Shown here in pieces: positions 8,303-15,825 of a stretch of 20,000 bases of DNA (positions are counted from its first letter, which is position 1; each line of letters opens with the position of its first letter). The DNA is from an uncultured virus (IMG/VR IMGVR_UViG_3300046653_000062) (Duplodnaviria > Heunggongvirae > Uroviricota > Caudoviricetes). The position numbers were made by a program, and so were the translations under genes. The notes beneath the pieces are model-generated. The model was not told the DNA's origin, did not search any database, and saw only the letters and a list, made by a program, of their open reading frames with translations. Where the stretch lies: the IMG/VR virus record IMGVR_UViG_3300046653_000062. One strand, written 5' to 3'.

Positions 8303-11047
8303 CTACATCGGATAGAGGGGAATGTCATTGCGCGCTCCGCTACCGGACGCGCCGCCCGTATCGGGGTCATTCGCCGCTCTTATCTCTTCGCGACGAGCCA
8401 ACATATTCTGTTGCCGGAACCACCAGAGCGCATAAGTGGCGGAGTCGGTCAAATCATCATACCGCGCTTTGGGGAACGCCGCCATTTCATCTTCAACCAT
8501 GGTCGCCCAAGGCCGGTTCGGGCGATAGATCATACCGGCGGACCAGATGTGTTGCACCCGGTTCGCCCGCACTTCCTTATCGGCGCGACCAGGATTGACG
8601 AACTCGATCCCGAACTTCTCTTGAAAAAGAAGTCTCTGCAACTCCTGGACAGCGGATATCCCGGTCGCCTTCGCCTCCACTATCAGCCGGTCCACATGGA
8701 ACCGCTTGCAGGTGTGCCCGATCCACTCGACCAGACCCCACGCCTTCTTCTGACGCTCCAGAAACAGCTCGGGTGGCTCCCCCCACTCCTGAATCAGGTC
8801 CGGGCCATGAAGCTGCAACCATTTCCGCCACGCTGCGATCAAGAAGACGCGGGGCGTCCCGTCGTCGGCGTAATTGAGCCCCCAGACGGTCATGGCCGAG
8901 GGGTCGTTCTCGTCATGATGCGTGTAGGCCGGGTCGACCGAGGCCAGGATGAAATCGAACGTGGGGTATTTCCCGTCTTCCGGTTCCCAGACGTTCCAAT
9001 ATTCGTTCTTGAAGATACCGCCGCCGCGCGGGGCAGGTCTTTGTTGATACTGACTGGCGAAAGCATGCTCCCCGAGCTTCAAGCATTCCTCGACAGCGGC
9101 GGGTGGGAACCGCGCTTCCCAAAAGTTTTCGCCGTCAGTAGACCTGGGATCACTCCATCCGATCGAAGTAACGCAATGTCTACCATCTTCATATAACATG
9201 GGTATCATAAGATGATCGTACCCAAGATCTGCACTAATAATAGTCCCAGAAACATCAGATTCATGAACGCGCTGCATTATACAAATAATGGCGGACTTTG
9301 TCATGTGATTTAATCTGTTAGACATTGCCTCACGGAACCAGCGAACAGTCTCCTCACGTATAGTTTGGGATTCACCTTCCTTAATATTATGGGGATCATC
9401 TAGAATTACTACGTCTGCTCTTTCGCCAGTACCAGTTCCTCTTACAGAAGACGCAAATTTCCAACCAAACTTGTTATTGGATATTTTCGTTACTCCCTTC
9501 TGACGCATCGTAAACTTGTGGCCCCAGAGGTCTTGGAATTTCTGGCTCTCAATCAGGTCGAGCATCCGCTGATTGTCGCGTTCAGTCAGAAGCGATGAGT
9601 AACTGAAGTTGATGAAACGCTTTCCCGGCTCCCCGGCGGCGGACCACTGCCATGCGGGCCAAAAGACATTAGTCATCAGGCTGTTATGAACGATCAGCCC
9701 GTTAACCGTGAAAGTATGGTCCTCCTCGACCGTCAAACAACGGCATACACCCGGCTCGACCTGGACAACATCTGCAACCTCATCCTCATATATATTCTTC
9801 GGAAAGATATCGAAGAACGCTTTTTCCGCTTCTTCCCGCTTTCTAGTGAGAAGCCCTGGAAGAGTTGCGAATTTGGCCACTTCGTTTCTCTCCGAAGTTA
9901 TAACTTCGTACGAAATATAGACGCCTCCAGGCTGAGACTTTGTTGTTATATTAGATCGGGTTAATCTTATCCTAGAGTGTATGTTTAGGAGAAAAAGCGC
10001 TCTATGAGTATCCTCTGCAAGTTTTCGACTTACCGTTGTCGAAAAAGATATCATAGTATTTCTATTACCCTTATGGCGTATGCGGATACATCCGTCGCAT
10101 GACCAATACGCCCCAATAAAATTAGCTATAGTATTTGGCCCGGACCGAAAAATACCCTCCGGGATAAATTTGGTATAGCTGTTGCTTAAGAATAGGCCAT
10201 GTTTTTTGAGCCATGAATGAATAGGTAACTCTGCCCCCTTCTTAAATACTTTCAGTGCATTTTCTTCGGTAGATTTAAGAATTATCTTTTGGGCTTTAAC
10301 TTTTGGGTTATTATGAGTCGTTGAATACGCAAAAAATCCGATAGTTTTTGCGCAGTAGATAAAATCGTCTATGGATTCCTGATCTGCGCTGACAAAACAT
10401 AGGGAACGCTGCGAAATACATCCGTCCCCAACAAGATACCCGAGAAGCCGGGCTTCCTCCGGAGACATGGAGTTATCGCCGAAGCTGTCCCATACATGCG
10501 GGACTCCGACGTAGTCGTGATCTGTGATCTTATCAGCCGGAACCCATCCACGAGTGGTAAGAAATGGGTGGTCGTGCGCCGCGCGCACGGCGCGTCCTGA
10601 CGTGGTGCGAACCTCCACGAGCGGGAGAACTCCCTGCTCGTGAACCGCAAGCACTCGCCGGAAACGCCCGGCATGGGTAAGAACTTCGTCTCCTACGGCG
10701 ATATCGCCCAGACGCACGAACCCTCGGCGCGTCATTATGGGCTCTTCAATATATACTGGTTTCATTGACCCTGGTGGAACATTGATGAGAAGCCTTGTGA
10801 TACCACCATATGTCACTGCTTCCAAGTGCATTGCGACCGCCTCAAGCGGCCAGCCCTCCACAAACTCTCGCCCGGGCTCGATCGTGTCCCAAAAATATCT
10901 GACGAACTCCAGCAGCCCGCCGGGCCGGGCCTGCTTCTCCCGCTCGATGCGCATCTTGAACTCGTGCATCGCCGCCGCCAGAAGCTCATGTTTCTGGCGC
11001 GGGTCTCCGGTCTTGGCGAGAAGCTGCTGAAGATCAGACTGGGCCAT
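8303..11047 (-). CDS. terL: Terminase large subunit, intein-containing precursor (555-aa extein)
   Basis: Walker A RLLINVPPGSMK/S interrupted by the intein, Walker B VVILDDPH, coupling motif IMQRVHESD, nuclease motifs SVDPAY, IVEAKATG and FPKARYDDLTDS. Confidence 0.95.
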   Translation of the reverse strand: MAQSDLQQLLAKTGDPRQKHELLAAAMHEFKMRIEREKQARPGGLLEFVRYFWDTIEPGREFVEGWPLEAVAMHLEAVTYGGITRLLINVPPGSMKPVYIEEPIMTRRGFVRLGDIAVGDEVLTHAGRFRRVLAVHEQGVLPLVEVRTTSGRAVRAAHDHPFLTTRGWVPADKITDHDYVGVPHVWDSFGDNSMSPEEARLLGYLVGDGCISQRSLCFVSADQESIDDFIYCAKTIGFFAYSTTHNNPKVKAQKIILKSTEENALKVFKKGAELPIHSWLKKHGLFLSNSYTKFIPEGIFRSGPNTIANFIGAYWSCDGCIRIRHKGNRNTMISFSTTVSRKLAEDTHRALFLLNIHSRIRLTRSNITTKSQPGGVYISYEVITSERNEVAKFATLPGLLTRKREEAEKAFFDIFPKNIYEDEVADVVQVEPGVCRCLTVEEDHTFTVNGLIVHNSLMTNVFWPAWQWSAAGEPGKRFINFSYSSLLTERDNQRMLDLIESQKFQDLWGHKFTMRQKGVTKISNNKFGWKFASSVRGTGTGERADVVILDDPHNIKEGESQTIREETVRWFREAMSNRLNHMTKSAIICIMQRVHESDVSGTIISADLGYDHLMIPMLYEDGRHCVTSIGWSDPRSTDGENFWEARFPPAAVEECLKLGEHAFASQYQQRPAPRGGGIFKNEYWNVWEPEDGKYPTFDFILASVDPAYTHHDENDPSAMTVWGLNYADDGTPRVFLIAAWRKWLQLHGPDLIQEWGEPPELFLERQKKAWGLVEWIGHTCKRFHVDRLIVEAKATGISAVQELQRLLFQEKFGIEFVNPGRADKEVRANRVQHIWSAGMIYRPNRPWATMVEDEMAAFPKARYDDLTDSATYALWWFRQQNMLARREEIRAANDPDTGGASGSGARNDIPLYPM
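9683..10759 (-). mobile_element. Intein (359 aa) with LAGLIDADG homing endonuclease, inserted in the TerL Walker A motif
   Basis: Starts PVYIEEPIMTRRG after PPGSMK and ends GLIVHN before Ser. Block B AHDHPF, block C LLGYLVGDG, block E FIGAYWSCDG, block F CRCLTVEEDHTF. Removal restores PPGSMKSL. Confidence 0.93.
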
Positions 11048-11687
11048 GGGTCAGCTTCTTCTGAGCCGGGTTGAAGTCGGGAACCGTCTCCGCCGTAACC
11101 TCGATCACGGGGCCAATCTCACTGTGAACTTTGGCTATGAACTGAAGCAGCTCGTCATTGCTCATCCGGGAGATAGAGCCCTGAACCGTAATTTCCGCCT
11201 TATCGATCAACAGGCCATGCAGCTTGGCCAGACCCATGGTGGCCTGGACCGCCGCGCGGGCGTCGGATCGCCAGTCGGCCCCCTTCGTATGGCCCTTCAC
11301 CTGGGGCTGGTCGGGGAGGCTGAGTTCTCCGGTCCTGGCGAAGTGCCGATCTTCGAGCAGCATCAGCGTCAGCCGCTCGATATTCATATGAAACTTGTCG
11401 GACAGCTCGTTGCGCTGCTTATCCAGAACCTTGGTCTGAGCCTTCATCAGCTCGCCGATGCGCTTCTGAACATTGGCGTTTTTACGAACCTTGGCCCCAC
11501 GCTGGGCCAGATACTGCTCCGCCTCCCGTTTGGATTTCCCCTCGATATTGGGGCGATACCCCGCAAGGGTGACGGCGTCAGAAAGCGTGCGGCCAGCGAC
11601 GATATATTGAGCAAACAACTCCTGACGGGGATTTAACCCCGTCTTTGGGTTGACCTGCCCGTGGGTGTCCCCCTTGCGCGCCGCCAT
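11034..11687 (-). CDS. terS: Terminase small subunit
   Basis: 217 aa overlapping the terL start; N-terminal HTH-like LNPRQELFAQYIVAG..LSDAVTLAGY and C-terminal LAKLHGLLIDK. Confidence 0.82.
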   Translation of the reverse strand: MAARKGDTHGQVNPKTGLNPRQELFAQYIVAGRTLSDAVTLAGYRPNIEGKSKREAEQYLAQRGAKVRKNANVQKRIGELMKAQTKVLDKQRNELSDKFHMNIERLTLMLLEDRHFARTGELSLPDQPQVKGHTKGADWRSDARAAVQATMGLAKLHGLLIDKAEITVQGSISRMSNDELLQFIAKVHSEIGPVIEVTAETVPDFNPAQKKLTHGPV

Positions 11688-12163
11688 CAGATGGCCTCGG
11701 GGTGATCGTTAGCGGCGAGCGGAGCGATAGGGCCTGGGTCGGAGACAAAGACAGGCGATGGGTTCTCCGATTGAGGCTGCGGTGGGAAAGTGGCCACCGG
11801 GACCTGAAAGACATAAATCAGGTTACCTTTGGCGTCTCCCGCGAAAGACGGCTGGACTTGACGGGTCACCGGATAGAGCCGCGTCTGAACAAGCGCCTGC
11901 TCGACAAGCTGATTGACAGTCATCTGAAGGGCTTGAAGGGTCGACTGAATCCAGATTTTCTTGAGAAGATTCTGGCGGTCGGCTTCCGGCACGAGCTTGA
12001 ACAGAAGCTGGTCGTCGGCCGGGGCTATAATCGAGATTGTCAGAAGACCCTGCATCGCCACCGAGGTGGTTGTGTCGAGTTCTTCCGCCTGGGCCGGGGC
12101 GGCCGCACGCTTGGACGGATCGATAATAATTGAAGCCGGTTTGATATAGCTGATAGTCGCCAT
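11687..12163 (-). CDS. Hypothetical protein
   Basis: 158 aa, SD AGGGAG, TGATG coupling to terS. Confidence 0.7.
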   Translation of the reverse strand: MATISYIKPASIIIDPSKRAAAPAQAEELDTTTSVAMQGLLTISIIAPADDQLLFKLVPEADRQNLLKKIWIQSTLQALQMTVNQLVEQALVQTRLYPVTRQVQPSFAGDAKGNLIYVFQVPVATFPPQPQSENPSPVFVSDPGPIAPLAANDHPEAI

Positions 12164-12181
12164 GGGGCTGGACTCCCTTTG

Positions 12182-12421
12182 TTAGTCGTCCCTTATAATA
12201 CGACCTTTCATAAGTTCGTCCATAGCTTCAAAAGCTTCGTCAATGCCATCAGCGGCGGCCTCTATCTCCAGAAAATCGTGCTCGTGGTTCTTTTTCCACT
12301 CGTCCCAGAGCTTAAGGATGTGGGAGAAGTCGCGCCGTTGTTGGGTGTCTGACCAACGGAGGGGTCGGGGTAAGGGGTCCGGTGAGTGGGAACTGGAAGT
12401 CAGCGATCGTTTCGGAGCCAT
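12182..12421 (-). CDS. Hypothetical protein (79 aa), first gene of the late operon
   Basis: ORF 12182-12475 re-started at ATG 12421, which has SD GAGGA upstream. Confidence 0.6.
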   Translation of the reverse strand: MAPKRSLTSSSHSPDPLPRPLRWSDTQQRRDFSHILKLWDEWKKNHEHDFLEIEAAADGIDEAFEAMDELMKGRIIRDD

Positions 12422-12443
12422 AATGCATTCCTCATGCTGGTTT

Positions 12444-12495
12444 GTCATGAGTAGGAAAAGCCGTTTTCTGCCCACGTTGTCAAGGTCATGAGTAG
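12444..12495. repeat. Direct repeat GTCATGAGTAG x2, 41-bp period
   Basis: Copies at 12444-12454 and 12485-12495, each followed by (G)AAAA, upstream of the late operon. Confidence 0.7.
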
Positions 12496-12660
12496 AAAAC
12501 GCGTGATTTGGGCTATCTGGGAAATTCTGAAAAAATTTTTGCTCGGGCCTTAGCTCGGGCTCGGGCCTGAGGATAGGCCCCTCCCCCGGTCGGCGTGTGA
12601 AACATGTATTGTTTCACAATCTCGGAGCTGGGCCTCAGGCGTCAAACATAATACTAAAGT

Positions 12661-12737
12661 TAACCCATTGAAACTGCACGGCTTTCTGCCACGTGTTGAG
12701 AGCGTTTAAACGCTCTCAACTTGATAACCCATTGATA
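12661..12737 (+). promoter_or_regulatory. Two IHF-like sites (12661-12673, 12725-12737) flanking a palindrome
   Basis: TAACCCATTGAAA (one mismatch) and TAACCCATTGATA (exact) versus the IHF consensus YAANNNNTTGATW. Confidence 0.65.
12695..12720. repeat. Perfect 26-bp palindrome, GTTTAAAC family
   Basis: GTTGAGAGCGTTTAAACGCTCTCAAC. Confidence 0.95.
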
Positions 12738-13016
12738 TCATTTGGTATTCTTCGCGCGCTTAGCGTCATGCATGCGTCGTGACCACGCTCGTCTGTCACT
12801 GGCCGCTGTCCATTCCGCGACCGCGTCAGGCGTTGTTTCCTCAATCACCGCTTGACGTTTCAGCCTCTCAGCATCGAACCAAAGCGCTTCGGCCTCCCAG
12901 AGCGCTTCGACTAACGCCCTATCACCCTGCCCTGACTTGGCCAGTCTGGGGGCTTCTGTGGGCGTCTGGCGACGTGGTGAAAGGTAATCGTATGCCCAGC
13001 TTACAAGTTTGATCAT
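12738..13016 (-). CDS. Hypothetical protein
   Basis: 92-aa ORF with a G-rich SD; no recognisable motif. Confidence 0.55.
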   Translation of the reverse strand: MIKLVSWAYDYLSPRRQTPTEAPRLAKSGQGDRALVEALWEAEALWFDAERLKRQAVIEETTPDAVAEWTAASDRRAWSRRMHDAKRAKNTK

Positions 13017-13026
13017 ACCCCAAGTC

Positions 13027-13054
13027 CATTCGCATAAGTTAGATTATGGAAAAA
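13027..13054 (+). other. dif-like XerC/XerD recombination site
   Basis: CATTCGCATAA-GTTAGA-TTATGGAAAAA: 11-6-11 architecture with the CGCATAA and TTATG cores. The TTATGGAA arm is the Rhizobiales-type variant as I recall it. Confidence 0.8.
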
Positions 13055-13081
13055 TCAATGTTCGATGATATTCGAACAATG

Positions 13082-13107
13082 GCTAAGGCTGTTTAAACAG
13101 CCTCAGC
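13082..13107. repeat. 26-bp palindrome with one mismatch, GTTTAAAC family
   Basis: GCTAAGGCTGTTTAAACAGCCTCAGC. Confidence 0.9.
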
Positions 13108-13116
13108 GCTTAAAGG

Positions 13117-13689
13117 TTAACCGAGCTGCAATGTTTCCTTGCAGCGTGGGCAATCAGGTAAACCCACCTCATCAATCCATTTCTGAGATATTCTGATTGT
13201 ATAGTCACAGCATTCACAGATTGCTTTGTGCATTCTAATAGTTTGTTTCTTTGGCGCCGTGGAAATTGCGTCAGTATTCAGGATAAAGTGGGGAAACTTT
13301 GGTAAGTCTAAACTGTTCAATTCGTCAATAAGAGCTGGGCTTTCAGTTGTCGCTGTCATTTTACCTTCCAAACCTACTGCCTTTGCAAGCTTTCTGAACT
13401 TGCCTTTATGGCCGCATACTAGACCAACACACACATGAACTAATTCGTGAACGAGAACACCTAGGGCTTTTTGTTGAGCCAAGCTGGGATGAATGAACAC
13501 CTCATAGAAGCCGCCTTCTGAGGATGTGTCAGACCAGACTTGGCCTATCGCCTTCTTTCCGCCCCGCGACGTGAACCCCACAGTCACGCGTACGTTCTGA
13601 GGGATTATTGCGCCATGGCGCTTAAACAGTGGGCGCAACTTATCAATCGCCAACTCCAACCAACCTTCACGTGTGAGCTTTGCAAGCAT
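13117..13689 (-). CDS. SprT-like zinc metalloprotease with C-terminal Zn ribbon
   Basis: HExxH motif VLVHELVH followed by GHKGKF; C-terminal CECC...CPRC; SD AAGGA. Confidence 0.8.
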   Translation of the reverse strand: MLAKLTREGWLELAIDKLRPLFKRHGAIIPQNVRVTVGFTSRGGKKAIGQVWSDTSSEGGFYEVFIHPSLAQQKALGVLVHELVHVCVGLVCGHKGKFRKLAKAVGLEGKMTATTESPALIDELNSLDLPKFPHFILNTDAISTAPKKQTIRMHKAICECCDYTIRISQKWIDEVGLPDCPRCKETLQLG

Positions 13690-13705
13690 TCCCGTATTCC
13701 TTGTT

Positions 13706-13866
13706 TCAATCCATCAATCATAGGCATGATGTGATATGTAGCGTTTAAACGCAACATATAAGATGGGGTTTTCCAGGTTGTGAAGATTTTTTCACTCAAC
13801 CATTAAAAGGGGCTTGCGTCGAAGTGATATGTTGTGTTTTATGGTTATAGTGAATGGATGGATTGA
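13706..13866. promoter_or_regulatory. Pair of divergent putative promoters
   Basis: Both strands show TTGCGT-N26-TATRRT followed by GATGGATTGA (minus: 13754 to 13706; plus: 13814 to 13866). Confidence 0.55.
13734..13759. repeat. 26-bp palindrome with one mismatch, GTTTAAAC family
   Basis: ATATGTAGCGTTTAAACGCAACATAT. Confidence 0.9.
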
Positions 13867-13965
13867 GTTGATGGGGGGTTAAGTGAGGGTTCCGCAGGGG
13901 TTACGCAGTCTTTAACGTTTCATGCTCCCCTTGGGCTTAGCCGCCCTTTGCGTGAGCGCTGGCAG

Positions 13966-13984
13966 TACTCTTTGACATTGTGAA
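13966..13984 (+). promoter_or_regulatory. boxA-like antitermination element
   Basis: TACTCTTTGACATTGTGAA resembles rrn boxA (TGCTCTTTAACA; alphaproteobacterial TCTTTGACATTG form) and lies in the leader of the rightward operon. The embedded TTGACA has no -10 partner. Confidence 0.65.
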
Positions 13985-14098
13985 CGATCTTACAGCCCGT
14001 GGTGCGATTGTGGGTTGTGAGACATACACCAACGTGAATATGAGCTTGCCTCATGTCGAGCGTTCCCACAGTGGGAACGCTGCATATGAGGGGGTTAC

Positions 14099-14152
14099 AT
14101 GTTTGAAGATTTGAAGCTAATTGCGTTAATAATGGCGCGTGCTCCGAAGTAG
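14099..14152 (+). CDS. Possible 17-aa leader peptide MFEDLKLIALIMARAPK
   Basis: Strong SD GAGGGGG directly upstream, partly sequestered in hairpin 14049-14091. Confidence 0.35.
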   Translation: MFEDLKLIALIMARAPK

Positions 14153-14223
14153 AAACCGTTAGGTAATCACGGCGAAATCATTGAAGCCGTGAGCATCATG
14201 CGTTTAAACAGTGTGAGGGTGAA

Positions 14224-14886
14224 ATGACTAACCGGAGAAAGTGGATTGCTAAGATTATCGAAATATCGGAGGGCTTACCTAACGTGTGTCCTGACTTGCG
14301 TGTTGCATACGGCTATGCCGAACCTGGATATGATGCGCCAAGTTCGGGGATTGTCGTGTTGGCGGATTGGAACTCACGTAAGTTTGACAGTAAAGTCAAA
14401 GCAGACAATACAATGCCACGTTTGGCGAAGCTTCTAGAGTACTTTGGCGCGTCTCTGGAATGGATTGACGAATGGTTTGTATGTGATTGTGGGAAGTGTA
14501 TGCGCACAAGTGCTGACAGTCACGGGTGGAAAGCGTCTTATTGGTTTACTGGCAGTAACATAGTTTGCGCTGAATGTGTGTTGAGTGATCCTTCTGATTA
14601 TCTTGAGTATCTTCAGGGTAACGCAGAAGACGCGCTAACACTCGATATCGATCTCAGCGACCATGATTATGTAAAATTCCGCGCAAACTGTGAAACAGGC
14701 TGGCACTATGGCCAGAATGATAGCCCGAAAGAAATAGCCAAGTCATTACAGACTATGGGTATAGAGAACTTCATATTCGAGATAGACGAGGCTCAACAGT
14801 TCACAGTCATATGGTCCGTATGGATACGCATAGACGAGCTAAGACGTCTCAAGTCATATGAACGCAAGCAACGCATTGCTGCGTAG
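14224..14886 (+). CDS. Phage hypothetical protein with Cys clusters
   Basis: 220 aa, SD GAGGG; motifs YAEPGY, EWIDEWFVCDCGKC, CAEC and GWHYGQNDSP. Confidence 0.8.
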   Translation: MTNRRKWIAKIIEISEGLPNVCPDLRVAYGYAEPGYDAPSSGIVVLADWNSRKFDSKVKADNTMPRLAKLLEYFGASLEWIDEWFVCDCGKCMRTSADSHGWKASYWFTGSNIVCAECVLSDPSDYLEYLQGNAEDALTLDIDLSDHDYVKFRANCETGWHYGQNDSPKEIAKSLQTMGIENFIFEIDEAQQFTVIWSVWIRIDELRRLKSYERKQRIAA

Positions 14887-14896
14887 CGAACAAGTT

Positions 14897-14920
14897 CTAG
14901 GAGCGTTTAAACGCTCTTAG
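14897..14920. repeat. 24-bp palindrome with one G-T pair, GTTTAAAC family
   Basis: CTAGGAGCGTTTAAACGCTCTTAG. Confidence 0.9.
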
Positions 14921-14955
14921 TGATTGTTTACTATAGCAAAAGAGGGAAAAGTAGC

Positions 14956-15768
14956 ATGATTACATTCAAGATTGGCGTTAAGTCTGACAATGAGACGCCC
15001 AAAGTGGAAGAGACCCAAGGCTTTGCTTATCGAGTCGAGATTGGTAAGAACGCGTTTTTCTTCGTCGCCCATAAGGAGGAAAGGGCGCTGAAATTGTCCC
15101 ACTACAATTCTGGGCGTTTGGTCGCGCATGATTTGAACGATCGAACGGGGACAGAAGCGCAAAAGGTGGGACGGCATTTGCGAGGTATTGTGAACCGTGT
15201 GGGCGTCAAGAAATTTATTGCAGCAATCCAAAACGCGCCTGTGATCACTGAGGGTGAGCCGGAAACTTACATGGTAACCACGATTGCGCCAGAACCGAGA
15301 GAAGCGGCGCCCAAAGCGGAGGAGGGGGGAGACGTAGTCTGTGGTTGCGTGGCGTGCAAAGGGGCAGGGAAGGTCGCAAACTTTTCTGGAAAATGTCACG
15401 TGTGCGACGGCATTGGCTCGTATCGCCACACGAACAAAACTGAACTCGATAGGGTTTTGTTCCTGATTATTTCTCAGCAAGGGAAATCGAAGGGACGGCT
15501 TAAATCGAGCTGGAGCTGGGCAAAACAGAAGGAGTTGACTGGCCATGAACGCGTAACATTCAACCGCGCTTACTACGTATGGCGCTGGGCGCGGTTTCAT
15601 GGTGGGGAAGATGTAACCCTGCCATTCAATGCGAATTTCATTGGTGGGAGTGACCCTTGCAAAGAAGCGCTTGATCGTTGGTCTGAAACTGTGGCCAAGC
15701 GTGCTTTCGGCTCTGACAAGGTAGGCGCTCAGCGCTGGCACGACGCTTTCTATGGGGCGACTAGCTAA
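14956..15768 (+). CDS. Hypothetical protein with DnaJ-type CxxCxGxG zinc finger
   Basis: Start ATG 14956 after AGAGGG; motifs CVACKGAG and CHVCDGIG. Confidence 0.8.
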   Translation: MITFKIGVKSDNETPKVEETQGFAYRVEIGKNAFFFVAHKEERALKLSHYNSGRLVAHDLNDRTGTEAQKVGRHLRGIVNRVGVKKFIAAIQNAPVITEGEPETYMVTTIAPEPREAAPKAEEGGDVVCGCVACKGAGKVANFSGKCHVCDGIGSYRHTNKTELDRVLFLIISQQGKSKGRLKSSWSWAKQKELTGHERVTFNRAYYVWRWARFHGGEDVTLPFNANFIGGSDPCKEALDRWSETVAKRAFGSDKVGAQRWHDAFYGATS

Positions 15769-15825
15769 CAATACAGTAGGGCGGATTTACCGCCTTACTA
15801 TATGGTTAACTAGAAGGGAAATGAC

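Larger units (their letters stand above)
12521..12737. promoter_or_regulatory. Non-coding zone upstream of terS; candidate packaging/terminus region
   Basis: A6T5 tract, three GCTCGGGC copies, C-run CCCCTCCCCC, inverted repeat TGTGAAACA-N5-TGTTTCACA (12596-12618), two IHF-like boxes and a 26-bp palindrome. Confidence 0.45.

Noticed and set aside
8276..9196. 306-aa plus-strand ORF
   Set aside because: Antisense shadow of terL in GC-rich DNA, with no motif or RBS.
12596..12618. parS site
   Set aside because: The half-sites resemble parS but are in the opposite order and 5 bp apart; kept only as an unassigned inverted repeat.
12641..12668. Second dif-like site (minus strand TTATGTTTGAC)
   Set aside because: Only an XerD-like arm is present; the other arm lacks CATAA.
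12695..12720. Protelomerase target (telRL-like)
   Set aside because: It is one of several similar palindromes, and no protelomerase gene is in the window.
13090..13122. CtrA box (TTAA-N7-TTAA)
   Set aside because: The TTAA spacings are 13 and 3 nt, not 7.
14917..15771. 284-aa minus-strand ORF
   Set aside because: Mirror frame of the plus-strand zinc-finger gene, which has the SD, motifs and operon context.
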